This document shows, piece by piece, positions 37,958 to 49,682 of a stretch of 64,000 nucleotides of DNA. Source of the DNA: Octopus sinensis (lineage: Eukaryota); NCBI RefSeq assembly GCF_006345805.1, contig NC_043020.1, positions 13,640,001-13,704,000 of the forward strand. Reading direction: 5' to 3'. The notes beneath the pieces are model-generated. The model searched no databases. It saw only the letters and a program-made list of their open reading frames with translations, and was not told the DNA's origin. Every line of letters starts with the position of its first letter. Position 1 is the stretch's first letter. Both the position numbers and the translations under genes were made by a program.

Positions 37958-38122
37958 AACCAATTGGAAGAGATGCGCTCTGAAATCACCAAAGTCTCCG
38001 GTTCCAAGTCCAGTGTAGAGAAGGAGGTGCACAATTTATTGTTGCAGTTGCACTCTTCTCAGCTGGAATTACAAGCAAGCAAAGGTTTCAACGTTGATTC
38101 TGATGCTATCAAGAAGAAACTG
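37958..38122 (+). CDS. GOPC: Internal coding exon of GOPC (Golgi-associated PDZ and coiled-coil protein, PIST/CAL), coiled-coil region
   Basis: TTTGTTTTCTTTCAG acceptor and CTG|GTAAGA donor; 165 bp, phase 0/0; NQLEEMRSEITKVSGSKSSVEKEVHNLLLQLHSSQLELQASKGFNVDSDAIKKKL aligns ungapped (28/55 identical by my count) with human GOPC residues ~96-150 as recalled from memory. Confidence 0.9.
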
Positions 38123-38157
38123 GTAAGAATTCTTGTTATTTCCTTTCAATTTATGGC

Positions 38158-38188
<31 letters not shown>

Positions 38189-38989
38189 GTGTGCGTATGT
38201 GCTTTCTTTATAATTATCACAAGAATTTTAATGACAATGGGCAAAATTGATGATATTCTTTAACTGAAGGAATCAGTAACATTTGACATTGTTATTAAGT
38301 TCTAGACTGAAGCCTTGTCAATTAGACATTCCAGTCATGGCCATCCTGTCTTTTTCCTTTCTTTTTGCTTTTTTTTCAGATGTGTATCTAGAAGTTTCAT
38401 TTTGTTAATAGAGGAGAGAGTGACTTAAGGGAAATTTAAGGGTAGATGTTTAACCAGAGGGTATTAAAGGCATTAAACTTTTGTTGTTTAGCCCATGGTC
38501 AACTCTGATCAAGCAGAATTATGATCAAAAGTTCTCCATTATGACCATCTCTTCTATTGTAGGCATAATGTATAGAATTACATTATCAAATGGGCCCTTG
38601 TGAGATGATAGACTGTGATTTAAGAGAGATTCAGCTGCTATTTCTTGTAGGGCCAGTAACTTTATAGACATTCCATTAGATTGTTGATTTTATTTTGAAA
38701 TTCCATTCATTTTATCCAAGAAAATGCTTTCAAATAATTAAAGAAATTTTATAAAATTAAATATCAAAGGAATACTTTTTTGTTTTCGGCTTTATTGAAC
38801 ATACCCTGGTTTTATGGGACTTCCTGAGAATGACACCAATTCCAGTAAGGGCCTCACAATATCTTAATGGCCTTTCATGGTACTCTGACATTTATAACTT
38901 TTTTTTTTTTTTTTTTCGAAGACTATGCTTTCACTTCAAGATCATAAAATATTTCAAACTTTAACTTGTTTCTGATCCGCTACAAAATT

Positions 38990-39190
38990 CAAATGGGGAA
39001 CTCACAGTAAACTATTGAATGTATATCTATGGCAATGATTACTGTTCTACCAGCCATCTGTCCCCTCTTTGACTCAGCTGCTGCACATATCTTGAAGGCC
39101 AAACCAACATTAAAGAACTGAACAGACATTGAAGACATCTGTCCCTTCTGTGTTTCAGGGGATTCAAGCAGTATGGGAAAATTATGAGTC
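38990..39190 (-). mobile_element. Possible decayed mariner transposase remnant
   Basis: ..PETQKGQ..RTVIIAIDIHSIVYCEF resembles mariner YDPETKxQS..KxMxxxFFDxxGIVxxEF; weak. Confidence 0.35.
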
Positions 39191-39509
39191 ATTGGGATAC
39201 CTTAACAAGGTTGGATTAAAAGAGGGCAATTGTTATTGATATTATTTATCTTCACTTAAAAGTGGAAGTTGTGTTAGAACACAGGATACTGTGTTATTTA
39301 CCATGAGAGAACCTCTCATATAGACTTACAATACATATAAGCACTCATGTATATATCACTACCAGTTACTAGCAGATCATGGGGTTTCTGCCTTCTTTGG
39401 CCCTGTCAATGGTAGATGCCCAAAAGCTAGAGATAGCAGCAATTCCTCTTCTAGCTATATACATAGAATTTCAGTGTTTAATCTGGAGTCAGTTGATTAT
39501 CTCTCACTA

Positions 39510-39930
39510 GACACAGGAGTGGCTGTGTGGTAAGTAGCTTGCTTACCAATCACATGATTCCAGGTTCAGTCCCACTCTGTGGCACCTTGGGCAAGTGTCT
39601 TCTACTATAGCCTCAGGCCGACCAAAGCCTTGTGAGTGGATTTGGTAGACGGAAAGTGAAAGAAGCCCATCATATAGATGTATGTGTATATATATATATA
39701 TGTGTATGTGTGTGTGTGTATATGTGTCTGTGTTTGTCTCCCCAACATCATTTGACAACCAATGCTGGTGTGTTTGTGTCCCCATAACTTAGCTGTTCGG
39801 CAAAAGAGATTGATAGAATAAATACTAGGCTTACAAAGAATAAATCCTGGGGTCGATTTGCTCGACTAAAGGCAGTGCTCCAGCATGGCTGCTGTCAAAT
39901 GACTGAAACAAGTAAAAGAGTAAAAGAGAG
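39510..39930 (+). mobile_element. SINE family B, ~1.4 kb downstream of the GOPC exon
   Basis: Full length; opposite orientation to 36256-36665. Confidence 0.9.
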
Positions 39931-40212
39931 TATTGATATAAAAACAAGTGCTTTTGTGCACCACAAGTCCATATGAAAGGTTCTCTCATGAGAACTATCA
40001 CAATATTCTGTCTTCTAAAACATCCACTTTTAAGTGAGGATAAATTTTGGGTATAAATACTGCTTTTGTCACTATTAATTATTGTTATTGATATTGTTAT
40101 GGCAGGTGGTTTACTCTGTAAGTATCATTGTTGCTATTGTTATTATTGTAGTCTAGGGAAGCCTTGGCCCTTGAGCAAGCTTACAATCAGAGACAATTCA
40201 TTTGGGAACAAG

Positions 40213-40608
40213 CTCTCTTTACTCTTTTACTTGTTTCAGTCATTTGACTGCGGCCATGCTGGAGCACCGCCTTTAATCGAGCAACTCGACTCTGGGACTT
40301 ATTCTTTGTAAGCCCAGTACTTATTCTATCGGTCTCTTTTGCCGAACCGCTAAGTGGCGGGGACATAAACACACCAGCATCGGTTGTCAAGCAATGCTAG
40401 GGGGACAAACACACACACACAAACACACACACATATACATATATACGATGGGCTTCTTTCAGTTTCCGTCTACCAAATCCACGCACAAGGCTTTGGTCGG
40501 CCCGAGGCTATAGTAGAAGACACATACCCAAGGTGCCACGCAGTGGGACTGAACCCGGAACCATGTGGTTGGGAAGCAAGCTACTTACCACACAGCCACT
40601 CCTGCGCC
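40213..40608 (-). mobile_element. SINE family B
   Basis: Full length. Confidence 0.92.
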
Positions 40609-40838
40609 TATAATTAATTTCTTTCTTCAAACACTGTATATCTAAGAAAGCACCATTTTTATACATCCCTTCTTTTTAAGACAATAAGAGGTTTTGGCTG
40701 CTATTTTTGCAGGTCGAGTCACTATATAATTGATCTGTGTGGGTGGGACACCTTGATGAAGAATTTAGCACATCTCAAAATACTAGAAATGGTAAACTCA
40801 GTTCTGTCTGCAATATTTTTTTTTTATTTTACAGTATA

Positions 40839-41349
40839 GGCGCAGGAGTGGCTGTGTGGTAAGTAGCTTGCTAACCAACCACATGGTTCCGGGTTCAGTC
40901 CCACTGCGTGGCATCTTGGGCAAGTGTCTTCTGCTATAGCCCCAGGCCGACCAATGCTTTGTGAGTGGATTTGGTAGACAGAAACTGAAAGAAGCCTGTC
41001 GGGGCACGTAAAAAGCACCCACTACACTTACGGAGTGGTTGGCGTTAGGAAGGGCATCCAGCTGTAGAAACATTGCCAGATAAGACTGGAGCCTGGTGCA
41101 GCCTTCTGGCTTCCCAGATCCCCAGTCGAACCGTCCAACCCATGCTAGCATGGAGAACGGACGTTAAACGATGATGATGATGATGATGATGTGTGTGTTT
41201 GTCTGTGTTTGTCTGTGTTTGTCCCCCTACCATTGCTTGACAACCGATGCTGGTGTGTTTATGTCCCCGTTACTTAGCGGTTCGGCAAAAGACCGATAGA
41301 ATAAGTACTGGGCTTACAAATGACTGAAACAAGTAAAAGAGTAAAAAGA
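40839..41349 (+). mobile_element. SINE B with an RTE 3' UTR (41002-41190) inserted at its central microsatellite
   Basis: Left half ends GAAGCCTGTCG; family C runs to (GAT)n; right half follows with an internal deletion. Confidence 0.85.
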
Positions 41350-41689
41350 GTATTTGTGTCTGAAACTCATGTGCTAATTCCTATAACAAAATCTTGCTCA
41401 CCGTTTCCAATATCTGCATCAAAAATACATTTATTTTCTGTTCATTCCATCATTCATAGTGTTTCGTATACAAATAGCAAAAAAAAACAAAAAAAAACCC
41501 TCTCAGTGACCAGATTTATTTATATGAGATAAAATTTATCTAATTTTTATTTTACGTAATCTTGTATGTAAATAACATTTCGCTTTCCGTCTTTTTGTTC
41601 CAAAATTAATGGTCAGTAAAATAAATGACTTAAGTAATTCCTGTTAGTCGTTCACCAGTTCTGCCAAACTTTCTCTAGTAAAACTACTA

Positions 41690-41859
41690 GGCGCAGGAGT
41701 GGCCGTGTGGTAAGTAGCTTGTTTACCAACCACATGGTTCCGGGTTCAGTCCCACTGCGTGGCATCTTGGGCAAGTGTCTTCTGCTATAGCCTCAGGCTG
41801 ACCAATACCTTGTGAGTGGATTTGGTAGATGGAAACTGAAAGAAGCCCGTCGTATATAT

Positions 41860-41895
<36 letters not shown>

Positions 41896-42110
41896 ATGTG
41901 TTTGTGTGTCTGTGTTTGTCCCCCTTGCATTGCTTGACAACCAATGCTGGTGTGTTTACGTCCCCGTCACTTAGCGGTTCGGCAAAAGAGACTGATAGAA
42001 TAAGTACTGGGCTTACAAAGAATAAGTCCCGGGGTCGATTTGCTCGACTAAAGGCGGTGCTCCAGCATGGCCGCAGTCAAATGACTGAAACAAGTAAAAG
42101 AGTGAAAGAG
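41690..42110 (+). mobile_element. SINE family B
   Basis: Full length. Confidence 0.92.
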
Positions 42111-42505
42111 TACTGATTAGGAAGAACTGGTTGCCAACTGAGGCAAAATAACATTCAGTTATTTACAGAAGGAAAATGAATTGGATCAATGAATTTGGTT
42201 GAAATGGTATCCTAAAATAAGAAGAACAGAACAGAATAAAAGGAAAAAGAGGAATTTCAAATGAACCTTTTAATGTAAAATGGTGTGTAACATTAAGTGT
42301 TTGAGTAAATATTTTGACAAATATAAATTCTCTTTAAACATAAAAGAATTGTGTCGCCATTATGAAATTCTATGGAATTATCATGTTTTCTACAAGATTT
42401 AGCAAACAGACTATTACACAAATGGCAGAACTCTCACAGAGAATGGTTTAAACTTTCTCAAGAAAAAATACTGGTAAAATTTTAGAAAATGATTTCAGAC
42501 ATTGC

Positions 42506-42537
<32 letters not shown>

Positions 42538-42589
42538 TACTACTACTACTACAATTATTATTATTATTACTACTATTGTTATTATTATT

Positions 42590-42624
<35 letters not shown>

Positions 42625-42627
42625 TAT

Positions 42628-42839
42628 TATAGTGAGCTGGGAGAATCGTTAGCACGCTGGGCAAGGTGCTTAGCTGCATTTCGGTCATCTCTACATTTTG
42701 AGTTCAAATTCCACGGAGGTCGACTTTACCTTTCATCTTTTTGGGGTCAATGAAATGAGTTCCAGTTAACCACTGGGGTCAATGTAGTTGATTTGCCTCC
42801 TCCCCCCAAATTTCAGGCCTTGTGCCTTTAGTAGAAAGG

Positions 42840-42870
<31 letters not shown>

Positions 42871-43459
42871 GGGGGCGAGCTGGCAGAAACGTTAGCATGC
42901 CGGGCGAAATGCTCAGCAGTATTTCATCTGTCGCTACGTTCTGAGTTCAAATTCCGCCGAGGTCGACTTTGCTTTTCATCTTTCAGGGTCGATAAATTAA
43001 GTACCAGTTACGCACTGGGGTCGATGTAGTTGACTTAATCCCTTCGTCTGTCTTTGTTTGTCCCCTCTATGTTTAGCCCCTTGTGGGTAGTAAAGAAATA
43101 TATTATTATTATTATTATTATTATTAGGGGCATCCCTAGTGGTTAGGGTGTTGCAATCGCTAGATGGTGATTTCAATTCCTAGGCCGGGTGGTGCATTGT
43201 GTTCTTGAGCAAAACACGTCCTCTCACGTTACTGTGCGATCACTTCAACACCTGATGCATGGTTCATTGTGCACCTGTACAGATGTTGATTTGATGGAGA
43301 GATTGAGCTAATGTGCATCATGAGCATTTGATCACTATGAACAAATCATTTGTGCATGTCATTTAGCAAAAGGTGAACACTCATATGTCAACTTCAATGG
43401 GTGAGTCCATCATTATTATTATTATTGAGTGAGAGAGTAATGCATTATCTTTATTGTTA

Positions 43460-43503
<44 letters not shown>

Positions 43504-44190
43504 AGGCGGCGAGCTGGCAGAACCGTTAGCACACCAGGCGAAATGCGTAGCCGTATTTCGTCTGCTGTTACGTTCTGAGTTCAAATTTCACCGAGCTCGA
43601 CTTAGCCTTTCATCCTTTCGGGGTCGATAAATTAAGTACCAGTTACGCACTGGGGTCAATGAAATTGACTTAGTCCATTTGTCTGTCCTTGTTTGTCCCC
43701 TCTGTGTTTAGCCCCTTGTGGGTAATAAAGAAACAAAAAAAATTATTATTATTATTATTCATGCGTGTCAGCCCTTGTGGCCAATAAAAAAGAATTAATT
43801 ATTATTATTATTATTAATATGGTGGTGGTAGTGAGCTGGCAGAACCATTAGCATGCTGGGCAAAATGCTTAGCAGCATTTTGTCCATCTCTATGTTCCGA
43901 GTTCAAATTCCGCCGAGGTTGACTTTGCCTTTCATCCTTTCAGGGTCAATAAATTAAGTACCAATGAAACACTGGAGTTGATGTAATTGAATATTTCCCC
44001 ACCCACACCACCCCAAAAAATTTCAGGCCTTGTACCTGAAAATTATTTTATCAGGGTGGTAAGCTGGCAGAATTGTTAACACACCGGGTAAAAATGCTCA
44101 GTGGCATTTCATCCATCCCTATGATCAGGTCAGAGTTCAAATTCTGCCGAGACCGATTTTGGCTTTCATCCTTTCAGAATCAATAAAATA
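42628..44190 (+). mobile_element. Cluster of five co-oriented SINE A copies/variants and one tRNA-CORE SINE, mostly within (ATT)n runs
   Basis: A heads at ~42628, 42871, 43505, 43828, 44052; E-like variant at ~43130-43410. Confidence 0.85.
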
Positions 44191-44493
44191 AAGACGAAAT
44201 ATATATATGCGATAACACTTCCAATCAGTTAAGATCAGAATCCACGAGAGCCTCTACCTGGTACTGCATCAGGGCTATTATTCTTAGGGCAACAGGCTGG
44301 TAGAAACATTGGCATCTCAGGCAAAATGCCTTGTGGTATTTCATTCATCTTTATATTCTGATTTCAAATTCATCTAATCTTTGTTGTAAAGCGGTTGCTT
44401 ATAAGGAGACCACCCAGCTTGAAAACCAAAATATCACACTACCTACATGACAACGTGGGTTGGCAGGAGGCTGGGAGTTCAATTTCAAACCAC

Positions 44494-44712
44494 TTAACAC
44501 TTTCGTTACTGTATTTATTTTGAGATGCTCTGTGTTTCTTTCAATTACTTAACAGAGAATTTAGTAAAATAAATTAGTTATCATTAAGCTAGTGTTATAA
44601 ACATAAATTGTGACTAAGGTTTGGTGGAAGATTTTAATTCAAAACTTATGAAAACAAGACATTTGTACTCAACCAGAGCCAGTTTCAGCCGGGTTGGTAA
44701 CGAAAGGGTTAA
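44494..44712. mobile_element. piggyBac-type MITE (family P2)
   Basis: TTAA-CACTTTCGTTAC ... GTAACGAAAGGG-TTAA. Confidence 0.8.
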
Positions 44713-46622
44713 ATGTTCCTCTAAGTGGTCTTTCAACCTGCTAGAAACAGCAGCCAAACTTTCCTCAAATCACACTTCTCTATCATGAGGGTCATGTAGA
44801 GATTGCTGTTATCACATACACTGTGTATGGGGCATTTTAAACTTGACAGAACTCCACCTTATACCAGTCTGAACATGGCTATGTTCTTCCAGAGAGGAGG
44901 GGAGACGGATGGAAAAGATGAATTGATCTCCTGTATTTAACTGGTACTTTATTAAGTTGGCCTCAGTGAGATTTGAACTCAGTACACAGAGACCCACAAC
45001 TAATACTGCCAACCATTCTATGCAATGTTCTTATGACTCAGATAAAATTTCTGCTGCCCTAATTTCCCAGTTATCAGACCCTCGTTCCTTTGTGAGAGAT
45101 GTGTGACCCCTAATATTTATTGTGTCCCTAACTTTCATCTTAGTCTTTCTTGGACAATAAATTGAATTTAATCAGACCAAACTTTCAATCTGTGATTTAT
45201 TGCTGCCAAAACTAACCATTGTTGCTTGCTTGATAGCTTTTCCTGATTTAGGATTATCAGTGATTTCAATGTCCATTCACAGACTTCCAACACCACTGTT
45301 ATCACCATCACCATTGCTCCCACCGCCACCATCACAACTACTACCATCTCCACCACTACCATCATCACCAACACCAGCCACAATCACCACCACTGCCAAC
45401 ACCACCACCTTCATCACTACCATCACCACTCCAGCTATTTGACCTTTTCCTTCACTTGAAGATTTCATCTTTTCTGCCTTTTGCTGTTCTTTAAAAACAT
45501 CACTTTTTTCCAAAAACCAAAATCTTTAATTAAGCTGCAGCGTTATCTTAATGTTTCTCAGTCTCTGACTTTGCTAAGGTCTCAAGAGTTGAATGTCACA
45601 ATCTTTGCTCCGGATCACCCAAGAGGTGAAACTATACTCATTCAGTAAACTTCCTTTATTTCTGTCTTTGATTCTGTTGCCACATTTACCAGTTCTTAGC
45701 AGCTTTGGCTTTTGTTTCCATATAAACACAACTTTATTGCTTAGAAAGCCTAGCTATAAAAACACACCAACATCATAACACTAACATATTTTTGCTGGGT
45801 TTTTTTTTTATAGATTCTTCCCAGCCTCACACGTACACCATTATCTTCAAACTTTGAAGATTTTTATGGAGAATTCATAGATTTTTCAAATCCCTTTCTT
45901 TTTATTTCTTTTTTTTTCTCACCATTTTATTTTCTAAAAAAACAAATTAAATCAAATATTTTTATTTTTTGTGTGTGCGTAAAATATATTTGCAAAGAAA
46001 TAACGTACCTATTACTTTTGACAATAGTGGCAACTGGTGGTGGTAGTAGTAGTGGTGGTGGTGGTGGTGGTGGTGGTGGTGGTGACGGTGGTGGTGACGG
46101 TGGTGGTGGTGGCGGTGGCGGTGGTGGTGGCGGTGGCAGCGTTGTTGTTGTTGTTGTTGCAATTAATGTTTAGCTCAGTCCTAACCACATAGACCTGTAA
46201 TCAAAGACCTTCCTGCCATGACCATCCTGTCTTTTCTTGCACAGCACGCTCAGAATAACACCATTCATTATGTCCTAGTTTTAAGATGGTACAGTGTAAT
46301 TTGAGAGAGTTTTGGCTGCTATTTTTTGCGAGCTCACTGGCGGCATGCAGGTTGGCTATTGTTGTCATCCGTGAATGTGTGCATGTGTATAGTTAGTGTA
46401 TTTGTGTATGCGTGTATTTGTGTGTGTGTTTGTTTGTGTGTGTGGTGTGTGTGTGTGTGTAAGTTGATTATTCTGTTTAATCTAATATTTTCCTAAATCT
46501 TTTCCCTGATTGTTGTTTCAAAACATAGGGAGGTGTTAATGGTGTACAAATCCAATCTTCCTACTCTGCTTATGTATCACCACTGTAGCATTTACTCTTG
46601 AATAATTTATTTACTAGGGTAG

Positions 46623-46819
46623 ATAGATAGAGTGAGATATGATAGATCGTTAGCCACTACACACATTTTTTCTCTCCTTGTTTTTTCTGTGTCCCTTTCT
46701 GTAGAAGAGCGTAGGCTCAAAACGTAAAAGACTTTTTCTATTCCTGAGCGTTATACTAATACATCTGTTTGTTTTGTACACCACCTGTCTTCGTCTTTTG
46801 TTTTTTTCATAAACTCTCC

Positions 46820-46821
<2 letters not shown>
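46623..46821 (+). mobile_element. PLE-like terminal-repeat fragment with HHR-like motif
   Basis: CTTT-CTGTAGAA-GAGC-GTAG-GCTC-AAAACGTA-AAAG at 46695-46730; related remnant in opposite orientation at ~22152-22233. Confidence 0.5.
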
Positions 46822-46852
<31 letters not shown>

Positions 46853-46855
<3 letters not shown>

Positions 46856-48483
46856 TTGCAGCCAAAATGTTCAGAACGGCATTGTTTTTGCCAGAAAAGT
46901 AGGTATAAGTTTTTATCAAAGTTGTTTTATATTCTATAATTTTCACAGACAATAAATATGCTATTAATTGTTATTGTCTGAGATTTTGGTGTAATTTGAG
47001 AGGATAATAAAAAAGTTATGGATGATTTAATGATTCACTGCAAAACCCGTGGCGGCCAAAATGATCAGAATGGTTGCTTTTACTCCGTCTTTTAGTATAT
47101 TTAACTGGCGAACTCTAATGTTTTGAATTTGTTTACGTGATGGTTCGTTTACTAAACATTAGTAAGAATATCTGCAGTGTACTTTGTTAATATAATGCCA
47201 CTTACTCCGTTACCAATTCATCAGCCGGTTATTAAGCTTCGAAAGAAGGATAATTTAAGTATTGGGTCTATTGCAAAGATTGTTAACAAGTCAAAAAGTG
47301 TTGTTCACGGTATTCTTAAGGTCTTTGATGATTGTGGTTCATGTGAAGCAAGAAAGTCTACAGGTAGGCCAAGAAAAACGACCAAGAGAGAAGATTGTGC
47401 TATGGTAAAGTTGGTTAAAAAGGACAGACTTAAAACTGCTGCTGCTGTTTCTCGGGAAATGAGCATTGTACTGAAGAAAACTTTAACTCGAAAAACTGTG
47501 TCTCGTCCTTTAGTTGAACATGACCTACAAGCTAGAGCACCTGCAGTGAAGCCACTGATCAACTCCAAGAATAAAAAGTGTCGTCTTACCTTTGCAACCG
47601 AACATGTGTTGTGGTCTCAAGAAAAATGGCAAACAGTGCATTTCAGTGATGAATCTAAGTTTATGTTATTTGGTTCAGATGGGAAAAGGTACGTTCGTTG
47701 AAAAGTAGGTGAAAAATTGTCGCCTAAATGCCTTAAGACTAGTGTTAAATTCGGTGGAGGAAGTGTCATGGTTTGTGGAATGATATCTGGAGATGGTGTG
47801 GGGTCTTTGGTGCGATTACATGGAAAGGTAAATGCAGGAGTTTATAAACAACTTGTAAAAGATCATGTCTTGCCTGTGCTGAGAAATTCAACTAAGTGAC
47901 CACCTATATTCATGCAGGACAATGCCTCATGTCACAAGGCTAAGGTGGTCATGAACTTCCTCAAGGCTGAAAAGGTTATTATTATGGATTGGCCTGCTCA
48001 AAGCCCAGATCTCAATCCTATTGAAAATGTGTGGAATATTCTAGGAGAACGTTCGAAAGCCAGAAATCCTAAAACAACCGAGCAATTATGGAATGCCCTT
48101 CAGGAAGAATGGAATAGGATCACCAAGCAAGAAATTGAAAATTTAATTTCCTCATGCAGTCGAAGATGTCAAAGTGTGATTGAAGCTAAAGGGCTTCACA
48201 CTAAATATTAAATAATTCCAGTATTCTCTGTCATTTTTGATTATTTTAACAATTTTTTAAACCGTTCTGATCATTTTGGCCGCCATGGGTTTTGCAGTAA
48301 ATCACTAAATCATCCATAACTTTTGTATTATCCTCTCAAATTACACCAAAATCTCAGACAATAACAATTAATATCGTATTTATTGTCTGTGAAAATTATA
48401 GAACATAAAAACAACTTTGATAAAAACTTATACCTGCTTTTCTGGCGAAAACAATGCCGTTCTGAACATTTTGGCCGCAACTG
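46853..48483 (+). mobile_element. Full-length Tc1-family DNA transposon (1631 bp), ~223-bp IR/DR-type TIRs
   Basis: CAGTTG..CAACTG ends, right TA flank, within (TA)n; TIRs 46853-47075 and 48260-48483, each with two copies of GCGGCCAAAATGWTCAGAAYGG. Confidence 0.95.
47195..48211 (+). pseudogene. Tc1 DD34E transposase (338 codons) with two in-frame TGA stops
   Basis: Three track ORFs share one frame; GRPRKT, FSDES, QDNA, SPDLNPIE motifs; 34 residues between D and E; stops at 47699-701 and 47897-99. Confidence 0.93.
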
Positions 48484-48499
48484 TATATATATACATATA

Positions 48500-48538
<39 letters not shown>

Positions 48539-48930
48539 TAACAAAAGAGGGGGTGTATTTCCACGCAAGTAAAAGTATAGGAAAATTTGTTGAAAATGCT
48601 CCTGAATTTGAAAAATTGTTTTTAAATAAATTCATTTACAGTTTTGACAATATTTTTTGTTTATCAATGGTAAAAATTTTATATAGCGAGGTAGGAAAAT
48701 GTTTAAAAGGTTCAATTTTTACAAGATTCAATATTACCAAATATGATTTAAACGTTCACAACTGTCAATAATATGAAAAATGTGGATCATCTTGTTTAAA
48801 TGCTGTGTTTAAATGCTTGTTTAAATATATATATATGTATATGTAATATATATGTATTATATACATATATATATATATACAAGCAATAATATATCTCAGA
48901 GCGAGTTATAAACAGTAGCTACAACACATC

Positions 48931-49073
48931 GTGACGTATATTTGCCATTTAAATATGGCTAACCCCTAAGGGTGGATGCTACTGTAGTTTCTAGTTTGTC
49001 CTCCTGGGGCTACAAACTACAGTAGCATCCACCCTTAGGGGTTAGCCATATTAAAATGGCAAATATACGTCAC
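48931..49073. repeat. Inverted repeat, 60-bp arms with one mismatch, 23-bp spacer
   Basis: 48931-48990 vs 49014-49073. Confidence 0.9.
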
Positions 49074-49239
49074 TATATATATATATATGTATATATCAAA
49101 TATATATATGTATATAGTATATAATTTAATTATTGCAGGTTTACTATTATAATACAGATACAGATGTACATAGATTTATGTAGTTTAATTTTAAAGTTAA
49201 TGTTTAATCCTGCTTATATTTAGATTGAATACTGTTGTA

Positions 49240-49670
49240 CATAGGCTAAATGTGTTCGGAAGTAGTGGTTTTCTTCAAGGAGTGAGGTTAGTTTCCCTCT
49301 AACTATCCATTCCATGACTTTGCTGATGTGTGAAGTCAGAGAGATAGGCCTATAGTTTTTGGTATCTGCTCTGCTTTCCCCTTTATGGATTGGGCATATT
49401 ATTCCCTTCTTCACTCTGCTTGGCAGCCTGCAATTTGCAAGAAAGCTCCTGAAGAGAATCTATAGTGGTTTCACCAGGGCACAATTTGAGGAGCATTGCT
49501 GGGAAAATATCAGGACCAGCAGTTGAGATTGCATCCACCTCATTTATGGCTAGTAGTATATCTTCTTCACTAATGTCGATGTAATCCATCATAACCAGCC
49601 ATTCTGGTTATAGGTAAGGCAGCAAAGAAATCCACTGGTTCATTCACTTGTCTGTATTCCAACAGGGTGG
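49240..49670 (-). mobile_element. CR1/L2-like LINE fragment (pre-RT region), frameshifted
   Basis: DISEEDILLAINEVD..AGPD..; WKKG/IICPIHKG..KNYRPISLTSHISKVME.IV-type motif. Confidence 0.8.
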
Positions 49671-49682
49671 CTGGTATATATA

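Noticed and set aside
37931-38263. Track ORF 37931-38263 as a complete 110-aa gene
   Set aside because: Only 37958-38122 is exonic; the flanks are polypyrimidine acceptor and intronic (GT)n read-through
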